This document shows positions 47,156-56,600 of a DNA stretch of 64,000 nt, one piece after another; the stretch's first letter is position 1, and every line of letters starts with the position of its first letter. Below the pieces are notes generated by a model. That model was not told where the DNA came from and searched no databases. It was given only the letters and a program-made list of their open reading frames with translations. The DNA is taken from positions 1 through 64,000 of the IMG/VR virus record IMGVR_UViG_3300020034_000004, one strand, 5' to 3'. Position numbers and translations under genes: made by a program. This DNA is from a virus.

Positions 47156-47549
47156 GCTTGAGATATGCCAATGCTTTCTCAAGACCCTCGATGTTATCAC
47201 CAAGCATCCCAATTCCAACATTGCAATTCCCACAAAGACCACCACGAAACAATCCAGTCTTATGGTTATGGTCGATTACAATTGCAGGTCTAAGTTCACA
47301 TGAGTAGCATAGACCACTCAACGCTTCTTGAACCTGCTCAAGAGGTATGTTGTACTTCTGGGCCTTGTGCTTACCTGTTGCCTTGTAAGCACTGACTCTA
47401 TCACGTTGCTTCTGGCGATTGCTACCCTTTGAGTAGTACTCTCGCTGATAAGCATTGTGACACACTTTGCACTTGCCAGTCAACTTACCTCGCTTGGTAG
47501 CGAATTCAGATTCTGGCTTCTCTTTATTACACTCAATACAAATCTTCAT
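47109..47549 (-). CDS. Endonuclease VII-type HNH nuclease (leaderless)
   Basis: IDHNH.TG.FRG.LC..CN..IG...DN...L..A..YL. Confidence 0.88.
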   Translation of the reverse strand: MKICIECNKEKPESEFATKRGKLTGKCKVCHNAYQREYYSKGSNRQKQRDRVSAYKATGKHKAQKYNIPLEQVQEALSGLCYSCELRPAIVIDHNHKTGLFRGGLCGNCNVGIGMLGDNIEGLEKALAYLKRAGSTKVSVPVLYTG

Positions 47550-47660
47550 ATTTGGATTATATCAAGGATTATATCCTAAAACCAAAACTAAAGACCCGAT
47601 ACCGTAGAGTGAGGTTATCACTTATTCGTATCGAGTCCTGTGCACTTTTTACAGTGCCAG

Positions 47661-47751
47661 CGGAAGCGGGGTGGTTTCGAACCCCCAAGGGCCATAAGCC
47701 TCGCTCGCTTTCAAGGCGAGTGCCGTCGTCCAAAATTCGGCTTGCGCTTCC
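47661..47751 (-). tRNA. tRNA-Ser(UGA)
   Basis: CTCGC-CT-TGA-AA-GCGAG, long arm, G73. Confidence 0.88.
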
Positions 47752-47754
47752 ATG

Positions 47755-47819
47755 ACCAGATATGTTGATTGAGAACGTGTTTATTTGTTTGAAAGATAAA
47801 CGTACTCATTCGACCCGGT
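47755..47819 (-). ncRNA. Minimal Y RNA (Ro-binding stem only)
   Basis: GGGTCGAATG...TTATCT...AACATATC consensus shared with the two larger copies. Confidence 0.75.
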
Positions 47820-47895
47820 TGGTGGGCGTGGGGAATTTCGAAATCCCGACCTCTTCGGTGTAAACGAAGCGCTCTTCCTCTGAGACTACACGCCC
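47820..47895 (-). tRNA. tRNA-Val(UAC), encoded CCA, atypical T-arm
   Basis: CTTCG-TT-TAC-AC-CGAAG. Confidence 0.87.
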
Positions 47896-47926
47896 AAGAT
47901 ATTTAATTGTTATCGAATTGTTATTA

Positions 47927-48051
47927 TTGAGGATATGTTATAGAAATCGAGTTTTTAACGCTCTTCCATTAAGCTACAGACCGAAGTCCAGTGGGATTCG
48001 AACCCACATCTCTCTTTTGACATAAGATAATCGAATTCATTCGACCCTCAA
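47927..48051 (-). ncRNA. yrlA: Y RNA, YrlA type
   Basis: GAGGGTCGAATG...GATTATCT; T-arm GTGGG-TTCGAAT-CCCAC, TGGAC-TTCG-GTCTG, D-arm GCTT-AATGGAA-GAGC; AACATATCCTC. Confidence 0.9.
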
Positions 48052-48071
48052 ACTTATGGTATCTCTAACGG

Positions 48072-48143
48072 CGGCCCCGACGAGAGTTGAACTCGCTCTA
48101 ACACCTTGACAGGGTGACGTGCGCACCGGTACACTACGGAACC
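48072..48143 (-). tRNA. tRNA-Asp(GUC)
   Basis: TCACC-CT-GTC-AA-GGTGT. Confidence 0.92.
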
Positions 48144-48149
48144 ATTTCA

Positions 48150-48290
48150 TCATTCAGAACATTTATTACCATAATGGTTAAGCACATCCATCTTAACAGA
48201 CAATCTTCGAACTTTCAAATAGTCTCGTTGCTTTTGCCTATTATTTTGTCTATACTTTGCTTGGGACACTTTACGTTTCTCTTCATCCAT
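48150..48290 (-). pseudogene. Truncated N-terminus of an HNH-type endonuclease
   Basis: MDEEKRK...VLNHYGNKCSE then stop; leaderless TGaTACTAT-N6-ATG like the intact HNH genes. Confidence 0.5.
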
Positions 48291-48416
48291 AGTAATATAG
48301 TATCATTATATATAATCTCCATCACAGGCCAAATTTGGTGGGACATTATAAAGGGCTGTCCCGGTTACCCTGTTATATCATACCACGTTTCGAACCGCAA
48401 TACAATACCTACGTTA

Positions 48417-48538
48417 TGATGGACATGTTATGGTTTCGGAGATTGTCCCGGCTTCCCGTGGGACTATAAAGGACTCGAACCTTCTGCCGTTTATATACCA
48501 TTTATATGTGAGATAACCGAAAATCCTTCGGCCCATCA
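48417..48538 (-). ncRNA. Y RNA with variant effector domain
   Basis: GATGGGCCGAAGG...GGTTATCT; ATATA-AATGG-TATAT hairpin, T-arm GAAGG-TTCGAGT-CCTTT, GTCCC/GGGAC; AACATGTCCATC. Confidence 0.82.
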
Positions 48539-48561
48539 AGCTTGTTGGTTTTTAGACCAAG

Positions 48562-48636
48562 TGGGAAAGGTCGGATTCGAACCGACGCCCTTTCGCGTAT
48601 CAGACGATTGCTCCAACCAGACTGAGCTACTCTCCC
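48562..48636 (-). tRNA. tRNA-Ile(GAU)
   Basis: ATCGT-CT-GAT-AC-GCGAA. Confidence 0.9.
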
Positions 48637-48671
48637 ATTGGGTTGGTTTGAGAAACCATTTCCTAAAACAG

Positions 48672-48745
48672 TGCGGATGGTGGGATTCGAACCGACGCGC
48701 TCTTGTATCCAAAACAAGCAGGCTGCCCTACACCCACAATTCCAT
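48672..48745 (-). tRNA. Degenerate tRNA-Pro(UGG)
   Basis: CTTGT-TT-TGG-AT-ACAAG; poor acceptor and D pairing. Confidence 0.5.
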
Positions 48746-48756
48746 ATTACCTCAAG

Positions 48757-48828
48757 TCGGGTACCCCAGGGTCGAACTGGGTTTCTTCTGTTCCCAAAAC
48801 AGACGGATTACCGTCTTCCTCGTACCCG
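48757..48828 (-). tRNA. tRNA-Pro(UGG)
   Basis: CGGGTAC/GTACCCG; TCTGT-TT-TGG-GA-ACAGA. Confidence 0.9.
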
Positions 48829-48844
48829 AAACCGTTTATTTTTA

Positions 48845-49280
48845 TAGTGGCTAACGTCTTAACGGCTTTCACCGCTCCATCCACTGTTGTGAGCAACCTA
48901 CGCTATTGATAAATTTAGAATAAATCATCTACGTTGGCGATTAATCTGCTCTGAACTCACAAGTCACAAAGTAGAATCTGATTCCAAGGATTGGCTACCT
49001 CGTCGGCTACACGGTACCGTCAGACTATTAACTTTTCTCATCTACTAAGAATAAAGTGAGAGGAAGGGTGCTACCTTCACGCGGGGGGAGACCTTAGCAT
49101 GTAAGATTACCCCACGACCATTCGTTTGCCGCTAAGCACAGATTCAACAAGTCGCTAAACTTGCCTCCTAGTCTCACCGCATTAGCCTAACTAGGGTACT
49201 TCTGCCGAACGTGCATTACGAGCTACGTCTCCGACACTCGCATTTCTGCCACTCTCAGACGAAGGTGCTACCTTCGTCTT
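48845..49280 (-). ncRNA. Large structured ncRNA candidate between tRNA-Trp and tRNA-Pro
   Basis: No credible ORF; many helices; repeated GAAGG-TAGCA-C hairpins; tRNA-like 5' domain. Confidence 0.6.
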
Positions 49281-49282
49281 TG

Positions 49283-49353
49283 CACCCGACGAGAGATTCG
49301 AACTCTCACGCTAGAGTTTTGGAGGCTCTGCGACTCAACCTACGCTGTCGGAT
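49283..49353 (-). tRNA. tRNA-Trp(CCA)
   Basis: AGAGC-CT-CCA-AA-ACTCT. Confidence 0.85.
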
Positions 49354-49515
49354 ATAGGTCTTTCGACCACATTTACTACTCTATCACATCTTCATGCATC
49401 ATGTCAAGATTCATATCTTCCATAATCTCTTGGTATTCTTCTGTCCATACCCCGGAAATCAGATTCTCACCAAGAACCATTACTACGTCTATATTAGCAT
49501 CTGCTGTTGGCATTG

Positions 49516-49824
49516 TCAAGACCCTTCAAGCAAGTCAATCAAATCTGACGTAGAATAATCGTTACCTAATTGTGATTCTAAATTATTTTTAATGTCTGTT
49601 TCATCCATATCACCGGGTACTTCAATTTCATATTCATACCCAGTTGAATTGGACGGAGGGGTGGAATGTTTTCCATTGTGGTTACACTCGTGGTTGAAGT
49701 ATACAACGACACGAGCAAATCCGTCAACAACTTCTGTCACTTCAAATTCAGGACGACTCGTATGAGTCGTAGATTTGGCTATGTCAGCCTTTCTGACATA
49801 AGGTGAAAGCGTACCTTTCCACAT
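49516..49824 (-). CDS. Hypothetical protein
   Basis: ORF. Confidence 0.55.
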   Translation of the reverse strand: MWKGTLSPYVRKADIAKSTTHTSRPEFEVTEVVDGFARVVVYFNHECNHNGKHSTPPSNSTGYEYEIEVPGDMDETDIKNNLESQLGNDYSTSDLIDLLEGS

Positions 49825-49825
49825 G

Positions 49826-49899
49826 CTGCTCGCCTAGGATTCGAACCTAGAAAACCTTGGGTCAGAGCCAAGTGGGTCTACCAATTCCCCCAACAAGCA
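49826..49899 (-). tRNA. tRNA-Gln(CUG)
   Basis: CTTGG-CT-CTG-AC-CCAAG. Confidence 0.92.
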
Positions 49900-49902
49900 A
49901 GG

Positions 49903-49975
49903 AGGTCTCATAACGGTTTTCATATCGTCACCACCCAGCCAAATGGAAGGATGTGCTAATTACACCGATGAAACC
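49903..49975 (-). ncRNA. Degenerate tRNA-like element
   Basis: GGTTTCA/TGAGACC acceptor, GTG-TAATTAG-CAC D-arm, aberrant anticodon and T arms. Confidence 0.4.
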
Positions 49976-50066
49976 AAAGCACGGTGGCCTGCTGTCTTCC
50001 GACCCTGAACCTTTTCCGTACTTTTATATCTTAGCACATCACTCAAGCGATGTCAACTTCAATATT

Positions 50067-50348
50067 CTAGATAAACTCCGTATTTTCAGCTTCTGCCCAA
50101 GCAATACTATCTTGATTGTATTGTCTTGCATAAGTAGATAACATGTTCTTCAATATACCGGCTCGGTGCGAGTTAAATTCAACACACCAACATGCGTTTT
50201 GAAATTCACTACTTGGCTCACTAAGCCAGCACCCATGTATCTCATCTACACCAGTACGCACTAATTGGTCGATTACCTTCCAAAAATTAGACCACTTCTT
50301 CTGTGATAGCTTATCATCACTATTATCAATACTGATATATACAATCAT
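50067..50348 (-). CDS. Hypothetical protein
   Basis: Coupled ORF; NSDDKLSQ..W, QNACW, QDSIAW. Confidence 0.7.
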   Translation of the reverse strand: MIVYISIDNSDDKLSQKKWSNFWKVIDQLVRTGVDEIHGCWLSEPSSEFQNACWCVEFNSHRAGILKNMLSTYARQYNQDSIAWAEAENTEFI

Positions 50349-50734
50349 CCTTGGGCCTTATGTTTAAAAGCTTTGATTGGATATTCTTCAACAGGTGTAA
50401 ATACATACCGGTCAATCCAGGATTCCTCATTGACCCAATCTTGGTCAAAATATTCATCACCATTGGACTCAATATAAGAATCACCATTCTTTGAGATGTC
50501 ATCCCACCAGGAATATCCAAATAATTTACCGTCACTCTTACGCTTGATGATAGTAATCATATTTAAGCCTTGGTAGAAAGCATCATTTTCTAGAAAATGA
50601 CCAACATATTCATATTTTCTACCATCGCGGTCTGTGCGGTCTTCACCTTCATAAACCGCAAGATATGATGTATTTTCTTCTTCTTCATAAGGTTTAAATT
50701 CGAATACCGGCCAATCTGGGTCTAATTTACTCAC
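50345..50734 (-). CDS. Hypothetical protein
   Basis: Coupled ORF. Confidence 0.65.
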   Translation of the reverse strand: MSKLDPDWPVFEFKPYEEEENTSYLAVYEGEDRTDRDGRKYEYVGHFLENDAFYQGLNMITIIKRKSDGKLFGYSWWDDISKNGDSYIESNGDEYFDQDWVNEESWIDRYVFTPVEEYPIKAFKHKAQG

Positions 50735-51354
50735 TTGAAATCCCTTCTTTTTATTTTGGTTATAATACGTTCGCCTTTACGATTAAATAGTTGTACCTCT
50801 GAACGAGCTACAATACCTTCAGCCTCAAAGTTACCCCATTCGGACTTTAGGCCGGATTCAACGATATCAATTGCGTCATACAATGTACCGCGACCAATCT
50901 GCGGTACATAATCAATATCTAACTTATTAGCAATGTCTTCAACATTATTACGCTCAAGCCACCATTCATCAATTCTGACATCAAATAGAACAAAAGCTTG
51001 GTCTTCTCTATAGACACCACCTTTTTGAATACCCGGACCATACCCCTCGCCATAAAGTGTTAGAGCCGGGAGTTCGGCCTCGTAGAAATTCTCTGGCTGA
51101 AACTTTTCCTGCAAATGCTTTAGAAGTTTAGTTGGTATCAAGGCATTACCCGTGCGCCCACCAAATTCAACACCAAGGCCAAGACCAGCAAAATCAACAC
51201 GAATATTAGTACCGTCTACTTTTTCAGTGAACTCCCATTGATTGAGTGCTAAATATTCTAGCTCAGGAGTAGTCCAGTTACCACGAATCATTGGCTTATT
51301 TGGTGCGTCTAAGTCACGCTTAAAAATACTATTTATCTTATGATACTCTTCCAT
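50731..51354 (-). CDS. RNA ligase (Rnl2-like adenylyltransferase domain)
   Basis: TEKVDGTN, LYGEGYG, FD, EGIV, K.K motif V. Confidence 0.88.
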   Translation of the reverse strand: MEEYHKINSIFKRDLDAPNKPMIRGNWTTPELEYLALNQWEFTEKVDGTNIRVDFAGLGLGVEFGGRTGNALIPTKLLKHLQEKFQPENFYEAELPALTLYGEGYGPGIQKGGVYREDQAFVLFDVRIDEWWLERNNVEDIANKLDIDYVPQIGRGTLYDAIDIVESGLKSEWGNFEAEGIVARSEVQLFNRKGERIITKIKRRDFK

Positions 51355-52062
51355 CTGTACCGGCTCCCTTCTCAAATCTCTTATCTCTATATGGGTTGCC
51401 CATATACCACCAAGTGTATGTTTTACGCTTGGTAATTAACTTTAAATATCCTACATCATTGATATGTCGAGTTGGCTTCGAACAATAGCGTCCATCATAA
51501 CCTTCACCGAAGTCTTCATCTCGCCCTCTGCACTTATAGAATGTTGGAAAGTGTCCATACATTCCACTTGTGCGCACCCATGGTCTTTTGGTTTTATCGT
51601 ATCTCGAAAACAGTGACATTACTTACCCCAGATTCTTGTTTTGGTTGTTATACCCCAAACAGAATAGCTGATACCCGCCTTCTTTTCAAAATCATCTCTA
51701 TTGAAATTAAGTGCTCTTGCCATTAATTTCGCAGACCATAACCATTTGGCGGTATAGATAGGAATGTTTTCCTTACCCATCTGTTCCTCTACTATTTCAA
51801 ACATCGAATAACTCCAATTGTCCAAGCACTTGTGATGGGGTTGAGTCACCTTGTCTATACTTAGTACAAACTATTCCATCATTACCAACATCTTCTAATT
51901 CCTCTACCGGCATTTCTGTGACGATAGAACCAGCAATTTCATGAAACATTGGCATCTCCGGGTCATCATTTCTAAATACACAATCAAAGCATTGACCGGC
52001 CTCAATGAATTCAATTACTTCGTGAGCATATTGAAATCTGTGGTTTCTATGTGCAGTATATG

Positions 52063-52398
52063 TCATTGAATTACCCACTCACCATCTATTAGATACTCTA
52101 CTCTTAGCTTAGGTGGAATCATTTCTTGTTCTACCGCGACTTGGACCAAAGTGTCTTGATTCGACATTTGATTTACCCATAGCTTAAACTTCACAGAAGT
52201 AGCCATTTTCTTCCAAGCCTTCTTCTTATTCTGAAGTTGACTTCTTTCTTCACGGCTCTCACCTACTGCACCAGATGGTGGGTGAATGATTCTAACTCCA
52301 GTGTCGCGTTTATCTTGATTTTGTCCACCTTTACCACCTGAACGAAAGGTCTGAACTTCACAGTCATGAACTGTGACTGTCAGTATTTTCTTCCTCAT
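52063..52398 (-). CDS. GGQ peptidyl-tRNA hydrolase (RF-1 domain, ArfB/PrfH-like)
   Basis: FRSGGKGGQNQ.K.DTGVRI.H.PSG....SREERSQLQNK. Confidence 0.9.
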   Translation of the reverse strand: MRKKILTVTVHDCEVQTFRSGGKGGQNQDKRDTGVRIIHPPSGAVGESREERSQLQNKKKAWKKMATSVKFKLWVNQMSNQDTLVQVAVEQEMIPPKLRVEYLIDGEWVIQ

Positions 52399-52701
52399 TT
52401 ACGCTTCCTCGGTTTTCTGGGTACCGACCGATTCATGACGACCTCTTGCCGGAAACCTGCGGGGGTAGTCGGAATTGGAACTATACGTGAACAACCGCAA
52501 GTATTGTATGAGCCACCTGACTGCAAAAATTGCTTGACCGCGTGCCATCCAGCATCATCTCTTTTCCGTGGTGCCTTGAAATCGAATCCAACCATGATTA
52601 ACTTTTCTCTATCAATTGGACAACGTGGCTCAATCCAATCTTGAAATTGAGCCACGTGCCTATGTTCAATACAGATAAACGTTGCTTTATAGTTATTCAT
52701 T
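52395..52701 (-). CDS. Cys-rich hypothetical protein
   Basis: C..C motifs, G.DFKAP.K.D...W. Confidence 0.55.
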
Positions 52702-52939
52702 AATGAGGAGTTGCGACACATGATTCCTCCTAAATTGACATACCGACCAAGCGTAACAACGTGCATGACCACAGAGACTATGCTTTAGAGATTCTTGAAT
52801 TCTTTGAAATTTTGGATGTTTTCTAATAACCATCTCATTCTCTCCAGTGTACTATTTTTCTTTTTGTATATTTATATAATAAAGAGCACGACGGTACTTA
52901 TCACATTCTTTATATGTATTTTAATCCGTCGTGTCTACC

Positions 52940-53545
52940 TTAGTCTGTATCTCCACCTTCGCCGCCCAATAGGATTGTCTCGATAGCTGGCCGCATAGGA
53001 ACCACACCAGAACCACAAGCCCAGCACCAAAAGGTGCCGTCGTGCAAACAATCCTTGCTTGCAACCTTTGCCCAACGAGGCCATCTTAATGGCTGAGGGC
53101 CGCTACCACATGCAGCACAAATTTCGTCAGGCCCCAAATCCCTACCAGCAGTACAAGCGGTGCAAATCTCTGGTCGCTGTGCTCTGGTGTCACGACGGTA
53201 TCTAAAAGTTCTAACTGACTTAGCTGGAAGCGTACCATCTTCATTTGGAATCAAGTTGCCTTTAGCTGCATTACACTTTTTATGAAAAAGCCTAAGATTA
53301 TTCAAATCCCAAACTTGTTCATATGTCCAACCAGCTTCATATGCCTTGGATTGTGGATAGTGATGGTCTTCAGTAACTTCCCATGGACCCTGCTTAATAT
53401 CGAAGTCCAATAATTTACCACAGTCAGGATGCATACAATTATCACCATCACGAGCACGCATAACGGCAATACGCTCACCACGGGCTAGCCTATTACACTC
53501 TAGTTGATTAGACTCTAGTTCGCTAAGCTTTCTAGTTAATGTCAT
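52940..53545 (-). CDS. HNH nuclease adjacent to terminase
   Basis: RDG.NC, DH..P, NL...H..CN..KG; C-terminal Cys motifs. Confidence 0.8.
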   Translation of the reverse strand: MTLTRKLSELESNQLECNRLARGERIAVMRARDGDNCMHPDCGKLLDFDIKQGPWEVTEDHHYPQSKAYEAGWTYEQVWDLNNLRLFHKKCNAAKGNLIPNEDGTLPAKSVRTFRYRRDTRAQRPEICTACTAGRDLGPDEICAACGSGPQPLRWPRWAKVASKDCLHDGTFWCWACGSGVVPMRPAIETILLGGEGGDTD

Positions 53546-53608
53546 GTACTTCTCCTTTCTGTAATTTACTGACACTATCTTACCATACCGGCCAGTCTCA
53601 GTCAAGAC

Positions 53609-56600
53609 TCAGATAATAGTTGCTCGTTGTAGGTAATCAGCTAATTCAGAAGGCATTTTACGTTTAGGAGGAGTAATTACTTTGCCTGGTCTTTGCTGCT
53701 CAACCTTTTCAGCCTCTTCTTGACGCATCTTACGTCTCAAGTCTGCATACGTCAAAACTTCAACTTCCATGTTCACTGGCTTAGGAGTCAACGACACAGC
53801 GTTGAAGATGGCACCACACACTGCATCGGATAAATCCTTGCTGTTGTGAACAAACACCCCGCCTGAAATGGCAAAGTTCTCATATTCCTCAACCTCAAGG
53901 TCATAAACAGGAACATCAATCGCCAAATGAACCGGAACTACTGTGCGAATTTTGTGATTGTCACCAGCTTGAGAATTGATTGGCATCAACCTATCAATTC
54001 CCGGTCTCAAATCCTTGGCATCTTTGTACTCTCCATTTCTAAGCATCCATCGGTGGTCAGGCGTACAACGAGTAACAGAACCGTTGTCCAGAATTACATC
54101 AACAAATTCATTAGTGTATTTACTTAGACGCCCTCGCGCCCTGCCTGGAACAATTCTTCCATCAGGGGTTGAGGAGTAAACCCACACCTCAGAACCGGCT
54201 AACTCTGAAATCATTGGCCTTGTTCCATCTAATAGAGGAATTCTAGTCTCTCCTACGAAACATCCTTTTCGAGGGTGGTCAACTTTTTTCTTAACAAGCT
54301 TAAGCTGTCCAAGTTCATCAACAAGTAGCTGGACCTTCGGTCCAGCTAGGCGATGGTCATACATAACAGACAAGAAGTCGTCATAATGCTTTAATGCTAC
54401 TGACAAAACATCTGTTTTGATACCGTGCTCATTTTCTAGAATATTCATAGTGTCGTGACTATTATGGGTCACAAATCCGTCAGCAATAAACTCTTCGTAT
54501 TCTGGCACGCTAATGTCGAAAGTTTGTTCGTTTCCAATGGACTGGATATTTTTGATTTTCACCCACATTTGACCATTGTCAAAGACCCATCTTTCTTTGT
54601 ATTCTCGACTCTCCACAAGACTCAATGTGTTCTTTCTATCAATAGAGGGCTTGATAATGGCTAGAACCCTTTCCGCTTTTTTACCTTCGAAAGTCAATCT
54701 GTGAACCTCTCTTTCGGGAGAGTGACGCTTCTGACGCAACCTCGTTGGTTCTAGTTCAAGCGATAGAGAAATCCATACCAACTCCTTGACAAGTTCTTCA
54801 CTTATAGTATCAACAGTCAGGCGGTACCGCGTCTGACCTGACTTATCAATATAAGTCTGGATACCACCATCTCCATCAATATACCCGGCCATAAAGGCCG
54901 CACGGATTGAGGCTGAACCATTCAGTACAGAATGAGGTACTGTTTTATTTGCAGACTTGGCTGGAGTCAGCCCAGCGATTCTCATTCTTTCAATCATGTC
55001 TTTGTCCCAATAAGTGTAAGAGTAAGTGTCAACCTTTGAGCCAACGGTCTTGTCTTGAATCTTTCGTTGTACCGTATTCTTGAATCCCCACCCATCAACC
55101 ATTGCATCATGCATTCTGATTCGGAACTGCTCATCAGCAGTGGTAAAGTTGATTTGCTGATTTTTCCTATCATTAATCCAGCCGTCTGCAATCAAGCCAC
55201 CCAAAGCATAAGCTTGGCTCTCGGTAATGGTGTCTACCCCGGACCACTCGTGAGTATTGTCAAGGAGCATTTCGTCTTCAATTGTCAGTTCTCCCATAGT
55301 TACCCAGCCCCTCTTCGTTAACACTCTATGATTTACCGTTGCCTCAAACTCATACCCCAACCTCGTAGTTACCCTGAATACCTCCTGAATACCGGAATCT
55401 ATTTTGGCTTCTACCTTTGCTATTCCATGTCTGGTACTTACTTCATCACCAACCTGAATATCCCTCATTCTTACCGGGCCGGACGGTGTGGACACAATAG
55501 CATTACCCTTTACGCAGTTCCATCGGTCGAAGGTAGTTAATTTAATATCGAAACCTCGCCTACGAAGAGCAATGATGTAGTCTCTAACGTCAGCAAAGTC
55601 AACAGATTTAGATTTAGTAGGTGTCCACCATCTAACTGCGTCTACGACTACGAACGGATGAATTTCTTTATAGAAATCTGAACCGATACTAATCTCTACC
55701 CACTTTTCCACGTGAGCAATAGCTACAGCACAATGGTCATGCTTTTGTGCAAGGTCAACGTGAATAAAATATCTCACGCCTTCTTTTGGCTGAAACTTAT
55801 CCAAGAAGATTCCATCTTCGTCTACACCATTTTGTAAAATGAATGCATCTTCGATTGCTTGCTTGTTCTTAAAGAATCCGTCAGACAAGTTGGATGGCAT
55901 ACACGCAAAACGACCCAATGCGTCTCCAGGGTCATCTGCGAAGTCTCTTGTATAGTCTTGAATCTTTCTATTTGGATTAACTTCCCAAGACGGACGACGC
56001 AGGGCAAATGTCTTACGATGACTGTATCTAAGGATATGGTCTTCTTCCCAAGATACATCAACATAATTACCTTCGATTTCTCCAAGGTCAGGGTCTAGGT
56101 AAAGACGCTCTGTCCTAGTAATAACTTCTTTCTCAGCAATTTGTGCGTTGTAACGCTGCTGAATAAAGTCATCCTTGTAACGAGGGAATGAAAGCAATAC
56201 TAGTTTACCAAAATCAGGGAACCTAGATGTAATCGAACCCCTATACATCTTATAAATACCTGGGGCTGTCTTTTTCATTGCTTCTTCGTCATCGGTCATG
56301 CCTTCGCTTGGCATGGCAAATCCAGAAATCTCGTCCAAGATAACAACTAATGTGTTATATCCTTCGAACGCCTCTCGTTCAGAGTGACCAGAATAAACGG
56401 TTACGTTCTTATCGAATTCGATATAATTTGCCTTGGGGTCATATTTACCAGCGAACCATGGACAATTCTCAATCTTAGTCTTAAAGTTCTTAAAGAAAAC
56501 TCGGAACGCCTGGTCGGCGTTAATAGCAATATTCAAAATGTCAATAGTGTCTCCGGTCTCATTTCCATAATATCGAGCCGGGTCTTTAAGGCAAAGCAAT

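Noticed and set aside
48502-48909. Several short ORFs
   Set aside because: They are translations of tRNA and Y RNA sequence.
24200-50000. tRNA-Ala gene
   Set aside because: None found by eye; it may lie outside the window or have been missed, so absence is not claimed as a finding.
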